A DNA stretch of 64,000 nucleotides from Octopus sinensis (Eukaryota). The stretch is taken from assembly GCF_006345805.1 (NCBI RefSeq), contig NC_043010.1, positions 26,722,001 through 26,786,000 on the forward strand, in the 5' to 3' direction. Positions 62,854 through 64,000 of this stretch are shown here, piece by piece. The number at the start of each line of letters is the position of its first letter. Position 1 is the first letter of the stretch. Position numbers and translations under genes: made by a program. The notes below the pieces were generated by a model. The model ran no database searches and was not told the DNA's origin. It worked only from the letters and a program-made list of their open reading frames with translations.

Positions 62854-63306
62854 TAGTCATATGGAATATAACAAATATACATATAATATATGTATACACA
62901 CACCACATACACAGACAATGTATATAATATATATATGTATATTATGTATATATATGTGTGTGTGGATGTATGTATATGTACATATATGAATATGTATATA
63001 TATGTATAGTGTATATATATATGGTTGTGTGTGTATTATATATACTTATACACACACATACATACACACACACATACAAACACACACACACACATACAAA
63101 CACACACACCACACACACACACACACACATACATGTAGGTATGTAAAGCATCCATGCCTGTGTCTACTCATGGAACAGCTCTGTAGATAAGTTCTGCAGC
63201 TATCAGATGTCATTAACCCATTACCTCATTTTTTTTACTCTTATTTCAGTTCTCCTGTATTTTTTTTCTTTTTCTTGAGAGGCAGTATCTGTCTGTGAAC
63301 ATATAT

Positions 63307-63383
<77 letters not shown>

Positions 63384-63614
63384 TAGTCATATGGAATATA
63401 ACAAATATACATATAATATATGTATACACACACACACATACACAGACACATGTATATAATATATATATGTATATTATGTATATATATGTGTGTGTGGATG
63501 TATGTATATGTACATATATGAATATGTATATATATGTATAGTGTATATATATATATGGTTGTGTGTGTATTATATATACTTATACACACACATACATACA
63601 TACACACACACATA

Positions 63615-63650
<36 letters not shown>

Positions 63651-63815
63651 TGTAGGTATGTAAAGCATCCATGCCTGTGTCTACTCATGGAACAGCTCTG
63701 TAGATAAGTTCTGCAGCTATCAGATGTCATTAACCCATTACCTCATTTTTTTTTACTCTTATTTCAGTTCTCCTGTATTTTTTTTCTTTTTCTTGAGAGG
63801 CAGTATCTGTCTGTG

Positions 63816-63830
<15 letters not shown>
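62850..63830 (+). repeat. Near-identical tandem duplication, period about 520-530 bp
   Basis: Anchor tattagtcatatggaatataac at 62851 and 63381; ctgtgaac ends at 63300 and 63818. Confidence 0.9.
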
Positions 63831-63881
<51 letters not shown>

Positions 63882-64000
63882 TGTATGTGTATACACAGGC
63901 ACATGTTTATATGTGTGTGCATAAATAAGTTTGCACATTTGCTGTATGTGAATATATTTGTATGTTTATATGTATTTATATATATATTTCTGTTATATAT

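Overview
This is eukaryotic, repeat-saturated DNA with no host protein-coding gene that I can support. The repeat landscape (RTE and Dong/R4 LINEs, Penelope-like pieces, several tRNA-derived SINE families, dense microsatellites) looks like a coleoid cephalopod, probably an octopus; this is inference from recalled repeat sequences, not a search. Autonomous-type elements are: two near full-length degenerate RTE-clade LINEs (200-4340 minus, 16230-19658 plus); two (TAA)n-targeting Dong/R4-clade RLE LINE loci (29985-33828, and a four-copy head-to-tail array at 45389-54202); a Penelope-like GIY-YIG fragment (42831-44020); and a palindromic mariner derivative (61100-61657). I use working labels for the short repeats. 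SINE-A is a tRNA head, a CORE-like ccttgggcaag motif, an internal microsatellite and a tail ending gagtaaaagag. SINE-B contains gcctttcatcctttcggggtcgataa. RTE-3p is the 3' UTR of an RTE ending in (GAT)n. SINE-D is a tRNA head with ccttgagcaagacac. SINE-E is a tRNA head, (TAA)n and a hammerhead-like tail. The most interesting signal is RNA-structural: type I hammerhead ribozyme motifs occur in several unrelated repeat families. One looks fully intact (43884-43969), one is a minimal dimer type (6222-6266), and one sits in the tail of a tRNA-headed SINE whose internal (TAA)n served as a Dong landing pad. Also visible are an exact 85-bp templated insertion, an unequal-crossover chimera in the Dong array, a cluster of three long hairpins and a nascent three-level satellite built from an RTE 3' UTR. 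All folds and alignments were done by eye, and element boundaries are approximate to within tens of bases unless stated exactly.
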